A stretch of DNA of 63,849 nucleotides, filler included. It is 4 parts of 4 records of this genome, joined end to end, with 100 filler letters (N's around TTAATTAATTAA, not from the genome) between each part and the next. Parts side by side here need not be neighbours in the genome. Positions count along the whole stretch, not along the records: positions 1 to 31,790 come from SRR22947725_2334; 3 more parts are not named here. The stretch is one strand, 5' to 3'. Shown in pieces: positions 1 to 13,055 of this stretch (within the stretch, counting starts at the first letter, position 1; each line of letters begins with the position of its first letter). The notes beneath the pieces are model-generated. The model did not search any database. It was not told the DNA's origin and saw only the letters and a program-made list of their open reading frames with translations. The translations under genes and the position numbers were made by a program.

Positions 1-1
1 G

Positions 2-1285
2 CCTTCAGGAGGGTCAATTTTACCTTTTGCAGATTGGCCAAAAGAATTAGTTGATTCCATGAATGGAAATTTTCAACTAGTTAAAGGTGGCTTTGAAATG
101 GATGGAAGTGAGATTGCTAAACTAGATGAAAAAGAAATTATAAATGCTTTGAATGAATTAAAAAAATTAGGCTGTGATCAAATAGCTATCAGCTCAGTCT
201 TTGCAACAGTTAGAGGTGATATGGAGCAAGAAGCATTTGATATTATAAAAAAAAATTCACCAAATATAAATATTTCTCTTAGTAAAAATATTGGAGGAAT
301 GGGATTATTAGAGAGAGAAAATGCTGCTTTAATCAATGCTACCTTGAAACCACTTGCAAAAGAAGTGGTAGAGTCATTTGAAGAGCTTGGTAATAAGATG
401 AACTTTAAATGTCCAATGTTCTTTACTAAAAATGATGGTACTTTAATTCAATCCTTTGAGGTAATTGATTTACCTGTTCTTACTTTTGCATGCGGACCTA
501 CTAACTCAATGAGAGGTGCAGCTTTTTTATCCAAAGAAAAAAATGCACTTGTCGTAGATGTAGGGGGTACAACTACTGATGTAGGTGAAGTAAAGGATGG
601 GTTTCCTAGACAAGCAGGTACTTATGTTACTGTAGCAGACGTCAGAACAAATTTTTCTATGCCAGATGTAATAAGTTTTGGTTTGGGAGGGGGGTCAATT
701 ATTAATAACGACAAGCTCTCTATAGGTCCTCAATCAGTTGGACATGAATTAATAGATAAGGCAAAAATATTTGGAGGTGATATCCTAACTGCTAGTGATG
801 TAGCAGTTTCTTTTGGGAGATGTAAAATAGGAACTAGTCAGGCCCCAGAAATTACTAATAAAAATGAGATAATTAATTTAATGGATCAAATGGTTGAAGA
901 TAAAGTTGTCAGAGCAAGAACTTCTAGCCAAAAAATACCCATTTTAGCAGTTGGAGGTGGAAGTATTATGCTTAATAATGAAATTGACGGATTGAAAGTA
1001 ATAAGGCCACCACACAATGATTTAGCTAATGCAGTTGGTGCTGCAATAGCTCAGGTTAGCGGTCAAGTATCTAAAGTTGTATTGATTGATGATAAAGTTG
1101 ATAGGGAGAGTGCTATAAAAGAAGTTACAGATGAAGCAATAACACTTGCTATTAAAAGAAATGCTAATCCAGACTCTATAAATGTATTATCGGTTTCTGA
1201 TATGCCATTATCTTATTTGCCAGGTAATAATTTATTAATTAATGTTACTGTTGTTGGTGATCTAAAATGGAGCACAAATAATTAA
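2..1285 (+). CDS. Hydantoinase/oxoprolinase family protein (5'-truncated)
   Basis: Motifs GPTNSMRGAA, DVGGTTTDVG, LGGGS, ANAVGAA; frame open from window start. Confidence 0.85.
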   Translation, partial: PSGGSILPFADWPKELVDSMNGNFQLVKGGFEMDGSEIAKLDEKEIINALNELKKLGCDQIAISSVFATVRGDMEQEAFDIIKKNSPNINISLSKNIGGMGLLERENAALINATLKPLAKEVVESFEELGNKMNFKCPMFFTKNDGTLIQSFEVIDLPVLTFACGPTNSMRGAAFLSKEKNALVVDVGGTTTDVGEVKDGFPRQAGTYVTVADVRTNFSMPDVISFGLGGGSIINNDKLSIGPQSVGHELIDKAKIFGGDILTASDVAVSFGRCKIGTSQAPEITNKNEIINLMDQMVEDKVVRARTSSQKIPILAVGGGSIMLNNEIDGLKVIRPPHNDLANAVGAAIAQVSGQVSKVVLIDDKVDRESAIKEVTDEAITLAIKRNANPDSINVLSVSDMPLSYLPGNNLLINVTVVGDLKWSTNN

Positions 1286-2350
1286 ATGAAAAAAATTACA
1301 TTAGTTGATAAAGATAAATTAGAAGCAATCGCCATTGGAGGAGCTGTTCTTGGTTCAGGGGGAGGGGGAGACCCTTATGTTGGAAGATTAATGACAAATC
1401 AATGTCTAGAAACCACTGATCCTGTAAAAGTCATAGAGGTTGAAACACTGGATAATGATGCATTAATACTTCCTATAGCTATGATGGGAGCGCCTACTGT
1501 TATGATGGAAAAATTTCCTTCTGGAAATGAGTTTACGCAACTTGTTTCGATGATGGAAAAATTAATGCAAAAGAAAGTTTCCGCAATATTATGCATTGAA
1601 GCAGGTGGATTAAATTCTACTATTCCATTTGTTGCTGCAGCAAAATTAGGATTACCAATAGTTGATGGAGATGCAATGGGACGAGCATTCCCTGAATTAC
1701 AAATGGTATCATTTACATTAGGTGGGATCACAGCCACACCAATGGCGATGATAGATGATAAAGGCAATGGTGCTACTTTTGATACTATCAGTAATCAATG
1801 GACAGAAAAATTAGCAAGAGCCCTTACTATTCAAATGGGTGGTTCAGCTATGGTAAGTTTATATCCAGTAACTGCTGGAGAGTGCAAGAAATATTTGATT
1901 AAAAATAGTTTATCTTTAATTCATTATATTGGTTGTGTTGTGAAAGAGTACTCCTTCAATGCTTACAAAGTACTTGCAAAAGAACTAAACGGAAAACATT
2001 TATTTCAGGCTAGAGTAAGAGATGTTGAAAGAGCTACAAATGAAGGTTTCACAAGAGGGATTGTAAAATTAGAGGGTATAGGTAATTTTAAAGGCAGAAA
2101 TGCAAAACTTGATTTTCAAAATGAATTCCTGATTGCGATGGAGGGAGATAAAGTATTAGCAACTACACCAGATTTAATTTGTTTATTTGATGCTAATACA
2201 GGCGAACCAGTAACAACAGAAGCGATGAAATATGGACTTTCAGTAAATGTATTAGGCCTCCCTTGTGATCCTATTTGGAAATCAAAAGAAGCAATTGATT
2301 TAGTTGGACCAAAATATTTTAAATACGATATAGAATATCAGCCACTATAA
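1286..2350 (+). CDS. DUF917 family protein (S-methyl-thiohydantoin desulfurase-like)
   Basis: GGAVLGSGGGGDP, EAGGLNS, DGDAMGRAFPELQM, FQNEFL, PDLI motifs; abuts hydantoinase. Confidence 0.85.
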   Translation: MKKITLVDKDKLEAIAIGGAVLGSGGGGDPYVGRLMTNQCLETTDPVKVIEVETLDNDALILPIAMMGAPTVMMEKFPSGNEFTQLVSMMEKLMQKKVSAILCIEAGGLNSTIPFVAAAKLGLPIVDGDAMGRAFPELQMVSFTLGGITATPMAMIDDKGNGATFDTISNQWTEKLARALTIQMGGSAMVSLYPVTAGECKKYLIKNSLSLIHYIGCVVKEYSFNAYKVLAKELNGKHLFQARVRDVERATNEGFTRGIVKLEGIGNFKGRNAKLDFQNEFLIAMEGDKVLATTPDLICLFDANTGEPVTTEAMKYGLSVNVLGLPCDPIWKSKEAIDLVGPKYFKYDIEYQPL

Positions 2351-2352
2351 AT

Positions 2353-2790
2353 TTAATCTTTAACAGACTCCATGGACACAAATGTAGATGTCGATGATAC
2401 ATTTGGAAGGGATGAAATTTTTTCTGATAAAAGTATTCTATACTCCTTTATATTTCTTGTTCTGACCTTTAGTAAATAATCAAAACTTCCAGCTATCATA
2501 TGACATTGCTCAATACTGTCTAGTTTGTTTACTTCTTTATTAAAGTTTTCTAGAGCATTAGCTCTTGTATCAGATAAAACTACTTGAACGAATGCCACGT
2601 GAGCTTTTTGCATTTGTTCGTAATTTACTCTTGCGTGATAACCAAGAATATAATTTTTATCTTCTAATTTTTTTAATCTAGCCTGGCATGGGGAGATAGA
2701 TAAATTTACTTGCTTTGCCAAATCACTTAATTTGATACGTCCATTTTTAGCTAATAACTTAATTATTTGTTCATCTATCTTATCAATCAT
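2353..2790 (-). CDS. putR: Lrp/AsnC family regulator (PutR-like)
   Basis: N-terminal HTH, AGSFDYLLKV; divergent from putA. Confidence 0.8.
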   Translation of the reverse strand: MIDKIDEQIIKLLAKNGRIKLSDLAKQVNLSISPCQARLKKLEDKNYILGYHARVNYEQMQKAHVAFVQVVLSDTRANALENFNKEVNKLDSIEQCHMIAGSFDYLLKVRTRNIKEYRILLSEKISSLPNVSSTSTFVSMESVKD

Positions 2791-2931
2791 ATTAAAAATT
2801 CTTGTATTATATAGTAAAACAAGAAAATATATTAAATATATATATAAAAAAAGGAATAATTTCTAATAAATGAAATTTAACAGTAAAAAATAATAAAGAA
2901 ATTACTGTAAAAAGTATGAAACTTTTACAAA

Positions 2932-5900
2932 ATGAGAGATATTTTTACTAATAAATTTACTGACCAAGTTTCCTTCACGCATGATTACTTGGTTCCTGAA
3001 ATTTCTGAATATCTTCAGTCCAATGAAGAAGAGATTCAAGGTCGCGCAAAAAAAATAATAGAGTCTGCAAAGCAATACAATTCCTACAATGCCTTTGAAA
3101 AATTAATGCATGAGTATGATCTGTCCAGTTCAGAGGGAATAGTGCTCATGTGTTTGGCAGAAGCACTTCTTAGAATTCCTGATAACAAAACTATTAATGA
3201 CTTAATAGCAGATAAAATTCCATCTGGTAAATGGAGAGATCATATTAAAAATGACAATAATATTTTTGTTAACATTTCCTCTATAGCTTTTTTAATGACT
3301 GGGAAAATTCTAAAACAAAATGAACTAAAAGAAACTGATATTTTTATGTCAGTATTAAAAAATATTAGTAAACCAGTTTTGCGCTCAGTTATAAAAAAAT
3401 CAATTAACATTCTTGCAAAGCAATTTATTTTTGAAAAAGATATTCAAAGAGCCTCAAAACTCTCTTCTAAATTAGAGGGATCTATTTATGCTTTTTCATT
3501 TGATATGCTTGGCGAAGGAGCCAGAAATTATAATGATGCAAATAAATATTTTGAAAATTATAAAAATGCTATTACGGCAATAGGAAAATCATCCGCCAAA
3601 AAAAAACATAGTATATCTATTAAATTATCAGCTTTACATCCTCGATATGAGCGAGGTAAGCTTGATTTGCTTCGAAAAGAATTATTACCAAAATTATTTG
3701 AATTAATTGAGCTTTCAAAAAAACTAAATGTGGATATTTGCTTTGATGCGGAAGAAGCTGATCGTTTAAATCTATCATTATTTATGGTTGAAGAGGTTTT
3801 GAATAGTAATTTAGTGGATAATAATTATTCTGGTTTTGGTATAGCCGTTCAGGCATATCAGCAACGTTCAATTTTTGTCTTAAAGTGGCTTGATTCTAAA
3901 TTGAAAAAGTTAAACAAAAAGATGAATGTACGTTTAGTAAAAGGAGCGTATTGGGATACCGAAATAAAGCTTGCTCAGGAAAAAGGATTAGAAAATTATC
4001 CAGTATTTACAAAAAAATTTATAACAGATTTATCATATTTAAAATGTGCTCACATACTAAAAAATTCAAATAATATATTTTCTCAATTTGCAACACACAA
4101 TGCTTTTACAATAGCTTATGTTCAACAGTTATTTGATTCTAAGTCTTATGAATTTCAAAAATTACATGGCATGGGAGATGAAATTTATAATCATTTTACT
4201 AATACAACAAATTTTTCCTGTAGAGTCTATGCTCCAGTTGGAGGATATAATGATCTTCTTCCATATCTAGTAAGAAGGTTATTGGAGAATGGTGCCAATA
4301 CTTCTTTCATTCATCAATTAAATAAAAAAGACGCTGATCTAGATAGTTTAATTAAATCTCCATTATTAAAAATCAACAAAATTGATTATAATCAAATTAA
4401 TAAACCAGAAAATATATTTATTGGTAGAAAAAACTCTCTTGGAATTGATTTAACAGAAGAAAATAATATTGAGGTATTTTCTAATTTAAAAAATATTGAA
4501 AATGTTAAACCAACATCAGTAGTAAATGGCTCTGATAAATTTACTGATGTCAAAGAAGTTATTGTATCTCCCTATAATAGGTTAAAAATTTTAGGTGAAG
4601 TTTATTATGCAGATGATAATGTTACTAAAGAGGCCATTTCAAAACTTACATCATATAGCAAGGAATGGATAAATACTGATCTTGATTATAGAATTGATAT
4701 TGTAAATAATTTTGCTAATCTACTTGAGAATAATTATCATACTCTTGTTTCCTGTTGTGTAAAAGAAGCTGGCAAAACTATAAAAGATTCAATTGCTGAT
4801 ATACGCGAGGCTATTGATTTTTGTAGATATTATGCAGAAGAAGCTAAAATAATTTTTAAAGAGAAACATTTACCAGGCCCTACTGGTGAAAAAAATATTT
4901 ATCAATTTAAAGGAAGAGGTTTAACGTGTGTTATTAGTCCTTGGAATTTTCCCATTGCAATTTTTGTTGGACAAATGATCGCTTCGTTAGTTTGTGGTAA
5001 TGTAACGATTGTTAAACCTGCTGAGCAAACTTCTAATCTTAGTTATGTTATTTTTAAGCTCTTATTAAATGCAGGTCTCCCAAAAAATGCTGCAGCATTA
5101 ATATTAGGTAAAGGAGAAGAAATATGTCCATTAATTTTTTCTAATATAAATTTACAAAATGTTGTTTTCACAGGATCTTTAGAAACTGCAAAAGTTATTC
5201 AAAAACAACTTCATAAAAGAGATGATCTTATAAATTTCATTGCTGAAACAGGAGGCCTTAACTGTCTTATTGCAGATAGTTCTGCTCTTACAGAGCACAT
5301 AGTTGATGATGTAGTAAATTCTGCCTTTAATAGCGCTGGTCAAAGATGTTCTGCATGCCGCATATTATGTATTGAAGAAAATGTTTATGAAAAAACATTG
5401 TCTATGCTTGAACAAGCAGTTGAAACATTATCAGTTTCAAGTCCAGAACATATTTCTACTGATGTAGGTCCTGTTATTGATGAAGAGGCTAAAAATAAAA
5501 TAATAAATTATTTATATAATTTTAAAAAAAATAATTTTGAAGTTCAAGTTAGGAATGAGGGATATTTTATAAGCCCTACCATCATAGAGATAAGAAATAT
5601 TAATGAAGTTAAAGAAGAAATATTTGGCCCTGTTTTACATGTATTATCTTTCAACTCTAAAAACTTACTTGAATTGTGTGAACAAATTGACTCACTTAAT
5701 TATGGTCTAACAATAGGAATTCATAGTAGAATTGATAGGGTAATTGATACTGTAATTAAAAACACAAATGTTGGTAATACTTATATTAATAGAAATATCG
5801 TAGGAGCAGTTGTCGGTTCTCAACCATTTGGAGGACATCATAAATCGGGAACTGGACCAAAGGCAGGCGGACCTGAATATTTAAAAAAATTCTGTTATGA

Positions 5901-5970
5901 ATACAGCATATCAAATAATATTGTTGCTATGGGTGGTAATATAGATTTGTTATCTAGTGTTTCAGATTAA
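2932..5970 (+). CDS. putA: Bifunctional proline dehydrogenase / P5C dehydrogenase
   Basis: LMCLAEALLRIPD, RLVKGAYWD, YLVRRLLENGAN, ETGG, FNSAGQRCSA, EEIFGP. Confidence 0.97.
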   Translation: MRDIFTNKFTDQVSFTHDYLVPEISEYLQSNEEEIQGRAKKIIESAKQYNSYNAFEKLMHEYDLSSSEGIVLMCLAEALLRIPDNKTINDLIADKIPSGKWRDHIKNDNNIFVNISSIAFLMTGKILKQNELKETDIFMSVLKNISKPVLRSVIKKSINILAKQFIFEKDIQRASKLSSKLEGSIYAFSFDMLGEGARNYNDANKYFENYKNAITAIGKSSAKKKHSISIKLSALHPRYERGKLDLLRKELLPKLFELIELSKKLNVDICFDAEEADRLNLSLFMVEEVLNSNLVDNNYSGFGIAVQAYQQRSIFVLKWLDSKLKKLNKKMNVRLVKGAYWDTEIKLAQEKGLENYPVFTKKFITDLSYLKCAHILKNSNNIFSQFATHNAFTIAYVQQLFDSKSYEFQKLHGMGDEIYNHFTNTTNFSCRVYAPVGGYNDLLPYLVRRLLENGANTSFIHQLNKKDADLDSLIKSPLLKINKIDYNQINKPENIFIGRKNSLGIDLTEENNIEVFSNLKNIENVKPTSVVNGSDKFTDVKEVIVSPYNRLKILGEVYYADDNVTKEAISKLTSYSKEWINTDLDYRIDIVNNFANLLENNYHTLVSCCVKEAGKTIKDSIADIREAIDFCRYYAEEAKIIFKEKHLPGPTGEKNIYQFKGRGLTCVISPWNFPIAIFVGQMIASLVCGNVTIVKPAEQTSNLSYVIFKLLLNAGLPKNAAALILGKGEEICPLIFSNINLQNVVFTGSLETAKVIQKQLHKRDDLINFIAETGGLNCLIADSSALTEHIVDDVVNSAFNSAGQRCSACRILCIEENVYEKTLSMLEQAVETLSVSSPEHISTDVGPVIDEEAKNKIINYLYNFKKNNFEVQVRNEGYFISPTIIEIRNINEVKEEIFGPVLHVLSFNSKNLLELCEQIDSLNYGLTIGIHSRIDRVIDTVIKNTNVGNTYINRNIVGAVVGSQPFGGHHKSGTGPKAGGPEYLKKFCYEYSISNNIVAMGGNIDLLSSVSD

Positions 5971-5971
5971 T

Positions 5972-6076
5972 TTATTTTTTGGATTTAACGGTTTTTACTA
6001 AATTTTTGGCTGTATTGAAGAATAATGCCTCTCTTTGTTTTTGGGAAAGACCAATTTGTCTAGCTTTTCTTCCCAT
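5972..6076 (-). CDS. Small basic protein, 34 aa (MGRKARQIGLSQKQREALFFNTAKNLVKTVKSKK)
   Basis: Hand-translated ORF, stop 1 nt from the putA stop (convergent); below ORF-track cutoff. Confidence 0.45.
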   Translation of the reverse strand: MGRKARQIGLSQKQREALFFNTAKNLVKTVKSKK

Positions 6077-6166
6077 ATTTTTTTATCTAAATAATTTATG
6101 ATAATATTAAACATTTCAAAATATAGTATTTAAATTAATAAAAATTTAAGTCTTATTACAAATAAA

Positions 6167-6628
6167 CTAAAATATATCGGAGAATTCATCAAGTATAGTT
6201 TTGTAAACTATACGTTTAAAAGGAACAGCATTCTCTATTAAATTACTTGCATTTATCCATTTCCATTCGCTAAATTCTGGGTTTTCAGTTTCAACATTAA
6301 TATCCTTTTCTTGTCCTGAGAATTTAAAGATAAACCATTTTTGCATTTGACCCACATATCTTTTCCCCCAAGGAAGTTTATCAAGTGTTTCTTGAGGTAT
6401 ATTGTATTTTACCCACTGTTTTGAAATTTTAAAAAGATTCGCATTGTTAGTGCCTATCTCCTCTATCATTTCTCGCCAAACTGCTTCTTCAGGATTTTCT
6501 TTTTCATCAATGCCCCCTTGTGGCATCTGCCAATATCCACTTGGATGATCAAGACGTCTTCCAACAAGTATTTCATTGTTGGCATTTAAAATCATCATAC
6601 CAACACATTTTCGATATTTATCCGACAT
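6167..6628 (-). CDS. rppH: RNA pyrophosphohydrolase (Nudix)
   Basis: YRKCVG, WQMPQGGID...REMIEEIG Nudix box, GQMQKWF, PEFSEWKW. Confidence 0.93.
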   Translation of the reverse strand: MSDKYRKCVGMMILNANNEILVGRRLDHPSGYWQMPQGGIDEKENPEEAVWREMIEEIGTNNANLFKISKQWVKYNIPQETLDKLPWGKRYVGQMQKWFIFKFSGQEKDINVETENPEFSEWKWINASNLIENAVPFKRIVYKTILDEFSDIF

Positions 6629-6629
6629 A

Positions 6630-7919
6630 TTATTCTTCAAAAGACTCTTCAAAAATACTTAGCCCCTTTAATAAATCAAGCGCTCTTTTAAGTTGATAAT
6701 CTTTAGCTAATCTTTTTTCTTTTTCACTTAATTCATTATCTTCAACATTATTATCATTATTATTTTCATCATTTTTATCTAATGAATCTTTTAGATCAGA
6801 CTCTGAATATCTTTTGAAATCAAAAGATTCAAATTCTCCTTGTTCAACAATGATGTCAGGACTTATTCCTTTGCCCTGAATTGATTCACCTGAAGGAGTG
6901 TAATATCTTGCTGTGGTTAATCTAATACCAGATACATTTTCTGCATTAGATCGTTGAAAAGGCATAATGGTTTGAACTGAACCTTTACCAAAGGATTGGG
7001 TACCTACTATTATTGCACGGCGGTGATCTTGAAGGGCTCCAGCAACAATTTCTGAAGCAGATGCTGACCCACCATTTATAAGAACAACAAGAGGTTTGCC
7101 ACTTGTATGATCTTTATTTTTAGCTCTATATCTTCTAATATCTTTTGTTTCTCTCCCTCTAGTAGAGACAATTTCTCCTCTTGTTAAAAAAATGTCTGAC
7201 ACCTTTACGGCTTGACTTAGAAGTCCACCAGGATTTGATCGAACATCAAGAACATAGCCTTTGATATTTTCATTTTCTTTTTGAATTTTTCTAATAGATT
7301 TTAATAAACCATCTTCTGTTTGCTCAGTAAAAGAAGTTATTCTTAAATACCCAATATCATCGTATACTTCTGATTTAACTGATTGAATTTTAATTATGTC
7401 TCTTATGATTTTTACTTCGAAAGGCTCTGTACCATCTCTTGAAACTGTTATGGTTATGGGTTGACCTTTTTCACCTCTCATTAAATCTACAGCTTCATTT
7501 AGTGTTAAACCAAAAACAGGTGTATCATCAATTTGGATAATAAAGTCCCCAGCTAATATTCCAGCTTCATAAGCAGGACTATCTTCAATAGGAGAAATAA
7601 CTTTTACAAAGCCTTCTTCCATTGTTATCTCTATACCTAAACCACCAAATTTACCCTGCGTATCCATTTGCATTTCTTGCCATACTTCTTCATTCATATA
7701 ACCAGAATGAGGGTCTAGGCCTGTCAGCATGCCATCGATTGCTTTTTCTATTAACTCTTGATCTGTTACTTCTTCAACATACTCAGATCTGACCCTATCA
7801 AAAATTTGCCCAAATAAATCAAGGTATTCATATGTTTCTTTATTCTTTGAGGCACCCTGCGCGGAAAAAGAACCTAAAAATATTAATAAAGTTATGCAGT
7901 ATTTCACAAATAATCTCAT
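6630..7919 (-). CDS. ctpA: Carboxyl-terminal processing protease, S41 family
   Basis: Signal peptide, LDPHS, PDZ GLGIE, RSNPGG, SASASEIVAGALQD, FGKGSVQ. Confidence 0.95.
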   Translation of the reverse strand: MRLFVKYCITLLIFLGSFSAQGASKNKETYEYLDLFGQIFDRVRSEYVEEVTDQELIEKAIDGMLTGLDPHSGYMNEEVWQEMQMDTQGKFGGLGIEITMEEGFVKVISPIEDSPAYEAGILAGDFIIQIDDTPVFGLTLNEAVDLMRGEKGQPITITVSRDGTEPFEVKIIRDIIKIQSVKSEVYDDIGYLRITSFTEQTEDGLLKSIRKIQKENENIKGYVLDVRSNPGGLLSQAVKVSDIFLTRGEIVSTRGRETKDIRRYRAKNKDHTSGKPLVVLINGGSASASEIVAGALQDHRRAIIVGTQSFGKGSVQTIMPFQRSNAENVSGIRLTTARYYTPSGESIQGKGISPDIIVEQGEFESFDFKRYSESDLKDSLDKNDENNNDNNVEDNELSEKEKRLAKDYQLKRALDLLKGLSIFEESFEE

Positions 7920-7940
7920 TTAATTACCTTATGTTACCTT

Positions 7941-8297
7941 TTAATAAGCTAGTTTACTTTTCTCAGATTCAAAGTTTACTTCCCACAATTGTTCCAAATT
8001 ATAGAGTTCTCTTATTTCTTTTTTAAATAAATGCACGATAACTGAGCCAGCATCAACTATTACCCAGTCACATTTAGGCCTTCCTTCAGGGGAAGGATTC
8101 TTAAACCCTAACTTTTTTAACTTCCTTGATAAATCATCAGCAGTTGCATCAGCATGGCGACTTGATCGACATGTTGAAATTACAAAGTAATCTGCAACAG
8201 AAGACTTATTTCGTAAATCGATTATTTTTATGTCTTCTGCTTTTGCATCATCTAAGATGCTGAATATTTTATCGGTTAATGATGATGAAGAGCTAAT
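7941..8297 (-). CDS. rsfS: Ribosome silencing factor RsfS (Iojap); no canonical start codon, probable ATT start
   Basis: Hand translation LDDAKAEDIKIIDL...ADYFVISTCRSSRH...DWVIVDAGSVIVHLF...RELYNLEQLW; follows nadD. Confidence 0.9.
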   Translation of the reverse strand: MSSSSSLTDKIFSILDDAKAEDIKIIDLRNKSSVADYFVISTCRSSRHADATADDLSRKLKKLGFKNPSPEGRPKCDWVIVDAGSVIVHLFKKEIRELYNLEQLWEVNFESEKSKLAY

Positions 8298-8874
8298 TTT
8301 TATACCTCAGTTGTTCTCGTTGTTTTCTGATTTCAGTAGATGATATTTTGATTTCTTTATTTTGAATAATAGTCCAGGCCGGTGTTTTGTTAAAACTACT
8401 TACGCGTATATTTTTGCTATTAATTCTAAAGTTCTTATAAAAATTTGCTATGTTACTCTTCAATGCTTTATCATTATATCCATATCTCCTAAATACTACA
8501 ATAGGGATTTCGTTAAATATTCTATGGGCATTTTGCCACTTGTGAAAATTAATTAAATTATCAGCTCCCATTAACCAAAAAAAATTAAGATTTTTGTAAT
8601 GATTATTTATGTATTTAATTGTTTGATATGAATATTTAGAGTTTATTTTTTTTTCTATTTCTTTAATTTTTATTGGTTGGTTTCTTACAATTGATTTACA
8701 GTTTCTTAATCTCTCAGAATAAGACGCCGGTTTGTTTATTTTTAGAGGGTTTTGAGGGGTAACAAGCCACCATATTTCATCAAGTTTCAAAATTTTCTTT
8801 GCTTCTAATGATATATATTGGTGACCTTTATGAGGTGGATCAAATGATCCTCCAAGTAAACCAATATTTTTCAT
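8293..8874 (-). CDS. nadD: Nicotinate-nucleotide adenylyltransferase
   Basis: GGSFDPPHKGH, WLMGADN, ISSTEIR. Confidence 0.95.
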   Translation of the reverse strand: MKNIGLLGGSFDPPHKGHQYISLEAKKILKLDEIWWLVTPQNPLKINKPASYSERLRNCKSIVRNQPIKIKEIEKKINSKYSYQTIKYINNHYKNLNFFWLMGADNLINFHKWQNAHRIFNEIPIVVFRRYGYNDKALKSNIANFYKNFRINSKNIRVSSFNKTPAWTIIQNKEIKISSTEIRKQREQLRYKN

Positions 8875-10127
8875 TTATGGTCTAACTTGTCCATTTCCAT
8901 GAACAATATATTTGTATGTTGTTAGGTGTTTTGCTCCTACTGGTCCACGAACATGAAGTTTATCAGTAGATATTCCAATTTCTGCACCAAAACCGAATTC
9001 TCCCCCATCAGCAAATTGAGTTGAGGCATTTTTAAGAATTATTGCGCTATCAATATTATTATAAAAATTCATAAATGTTTCTTCGTTTTCAGTAATGATA
9101 GATTCTGTGTGATTAGAAGAATAATTATTTATATGATCAGTAGCCCCAATAACACCATCAACAATTTTGACAGATATTATTTTATCTAAATACTCAGTAG
9201 ACCAGTCCTCATCATTTGCTCTCTCAAAATTTTTATCTAAATTTGTTATAAAATCATCACCCCTAATTACACATCCTGCTTTGTATACAGGTTCTATTAA
9301 TTCGAGTGCTTTTTCTTTTATTGATGAGTCTATTAATAATGTTTCAGCTGCACCACAAATTTCTGGTCTTCTTAATTTACTATTAAAAATAATATTCTTA
9401 GCAATTTCAATGTCTGCTTCTTTATCAACATACACATGACACAAACCTTCTAAGTGTTTAATTACAGGTATTTTACTTTTTTCATTTATTTTTTTAATTA
9501 AACTTTTTCCTCCTCTAGGAATTATAACATTAACATAGTCTTTCATTTCTAAGAGGTGATCAACAGCCTCTCTGTCAGTTGTTGGTATCATTTGTATGAT
9601 ATTTTCTGGCAGATTGGCCTCTATAAAAGACTCCGTTATGATTTTCACTAATTGTTTTGAAGTGTGATAGCTATCACTCCCGCCTCTTAGAATTAATGCG
9701 TTATTAGATTTTAATGCAAGACAAGATGCATCTACTGTTACATTTGGTCTTGACTCATAAATTACTCCTAATACACCCAGAGGAACTGATATTTTTGAAA
9801 ATTTAAGTCCGTTTGATTGTCCCCAGTTTTCTAAGACTGTTCCGATTGGATCTGGTTGATTTTTTATTGCAGATATACTTTTAATTATACTTGCTATGGA
9901 TTCTTCACTAACTTTTAATCGATTGATTAGAGGTTTTGATAAATCGTTTGCAGAAGCATTTTCAATATCCAATTTATTTACACTTAATATTTGTTCTGCA
10001 TTCTTTTCAATATTTTTTTCTAAGCATTGATAAGCTGCCATTTTTTTTTCTTTTTGTAATACTCTAATTTTAATAGACGCATCTTTGGCTTTTTTACCTA
10101 ATTCATTAATTGTTTTAAAAATATTCA

Positions 10128-10131
<4 letters not shown>
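8875..10131 (-). CDS. proA: Gamma-glutamyl phosphate reductase
   Basis: IYESRPNVT, PRGG, CGAAETLL, NASTQFADGGEFGFGAEIGIST. Confidence 0.97.
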
Positions 10132-12225
<2,094 letters not shown>

Positions 12226-12240
12226 TTAGTATTTTACTAA

Positions 12241-12492
12241 TTATGCGGGTACTACAGAAACGTATGTTCTAACTCGTGTCTTTTTAAATGTGACTTTACC
12301 TTCACTTGTAGCGAAAATAGTATGATCTTTGCCTATACCTACATTATCACCAGGATGAAATTTTGTGCCTCTTTGGCGAACAATGATGTTTCCTGAAATA
12401 ACTTTTTCACCACCAAATTTTTTCACACCTAAACGACGACCTGCCGAGTCGCGACCATTACGTGAACTACCACCTGCTTTTTTTGTAGCCAT
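12241..12492 (-). CDS. rpmA: 50S ribosomal protein L27
   Basis: [16 protein letters not shown]. Confidence 0.98.
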   Translation of the reverse strand: MATKKAGGSSRNGRDSAGRRLGVKKFGGEKVISGNIIVRQRGTKFHPGDNVGIGKDHTIFATSEGKVTFKKTRVRTYVSVVPA

Positions 12493-12965
12493 TATTTATC
12501 TTCCTTTGGTGTTGTAGTTTTCTTGTTTGCAGTTTTTTTAACAGCTGTTTCTTTAGATGCTGCTTTTTTTGGAGCAGCTTTTTTCTTTACAGCAACTTTT
12601 TTTTCAGGCGTACTAGTTTTTATTTCTTTTTTCTCTGATTGAGATTTTTTTCCACCCATTGAGATAGTTTCAATTTTTAATACAGTTAAGTATTGTCTAT
12701 GACCTTGGGTTGAACGATAATTTTGTCTTTTTCTCTTTTTAAAAACAATTATTTTTTTATCTCTGATCTGATCTAAAATTTTTGCTTCAACAACAGCACC
12801 TTCTACTAAAGGTGACCCAATAGTATTTTGTGTGTTTTCTGAAACAGCAAGAACGTCTTTGAAAGAGATACTATCGCCCTTTTTACCCTCAAGTTTTTCA
12901 ACTTTTAGGATTTGTCCTGCTTTTACAGAATATTGTTTTCCACCTGTTTTAAATACTGCTAACAT
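12492..12965 (-). CDS. rplU: 50S ribosomal protein L21 with Lys/Ala-rich C-terminal tail
   Basis: KTGGKQY, GHRQ; ~50 aa basic tail. Confidence 0.97.
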   Translation of the reverse strand: MLAVFKTGGKQYSVKAGQILKVEKLEGKKGDSISFKDVLAVSENTQNTIGSPLVEGAVVEAKILDQIRDKKIIVFKKRKRQNYRSTQGHRQYLTVLKIETISMGGKKSQSEKKEIKTSTPEKKVAVKKKAAPKKAASKETAVKKTANKKTTTPKEDK

Positions 12966-13055
12966 AAGTTCTTTCGATTGAAGGGCGTTTATATCTAAGG
13001 TCTTTAATAGTCAAATAAAAATACTGAGAATTAGGGTCTTTTTGCTTAGAAATAG

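Noticed and set aside
12492-12660. Lys/Ala-rich tail of L21 as a novelty
   Set aside because: Such low-complexity extensions are common in alphaproteobacterial L21
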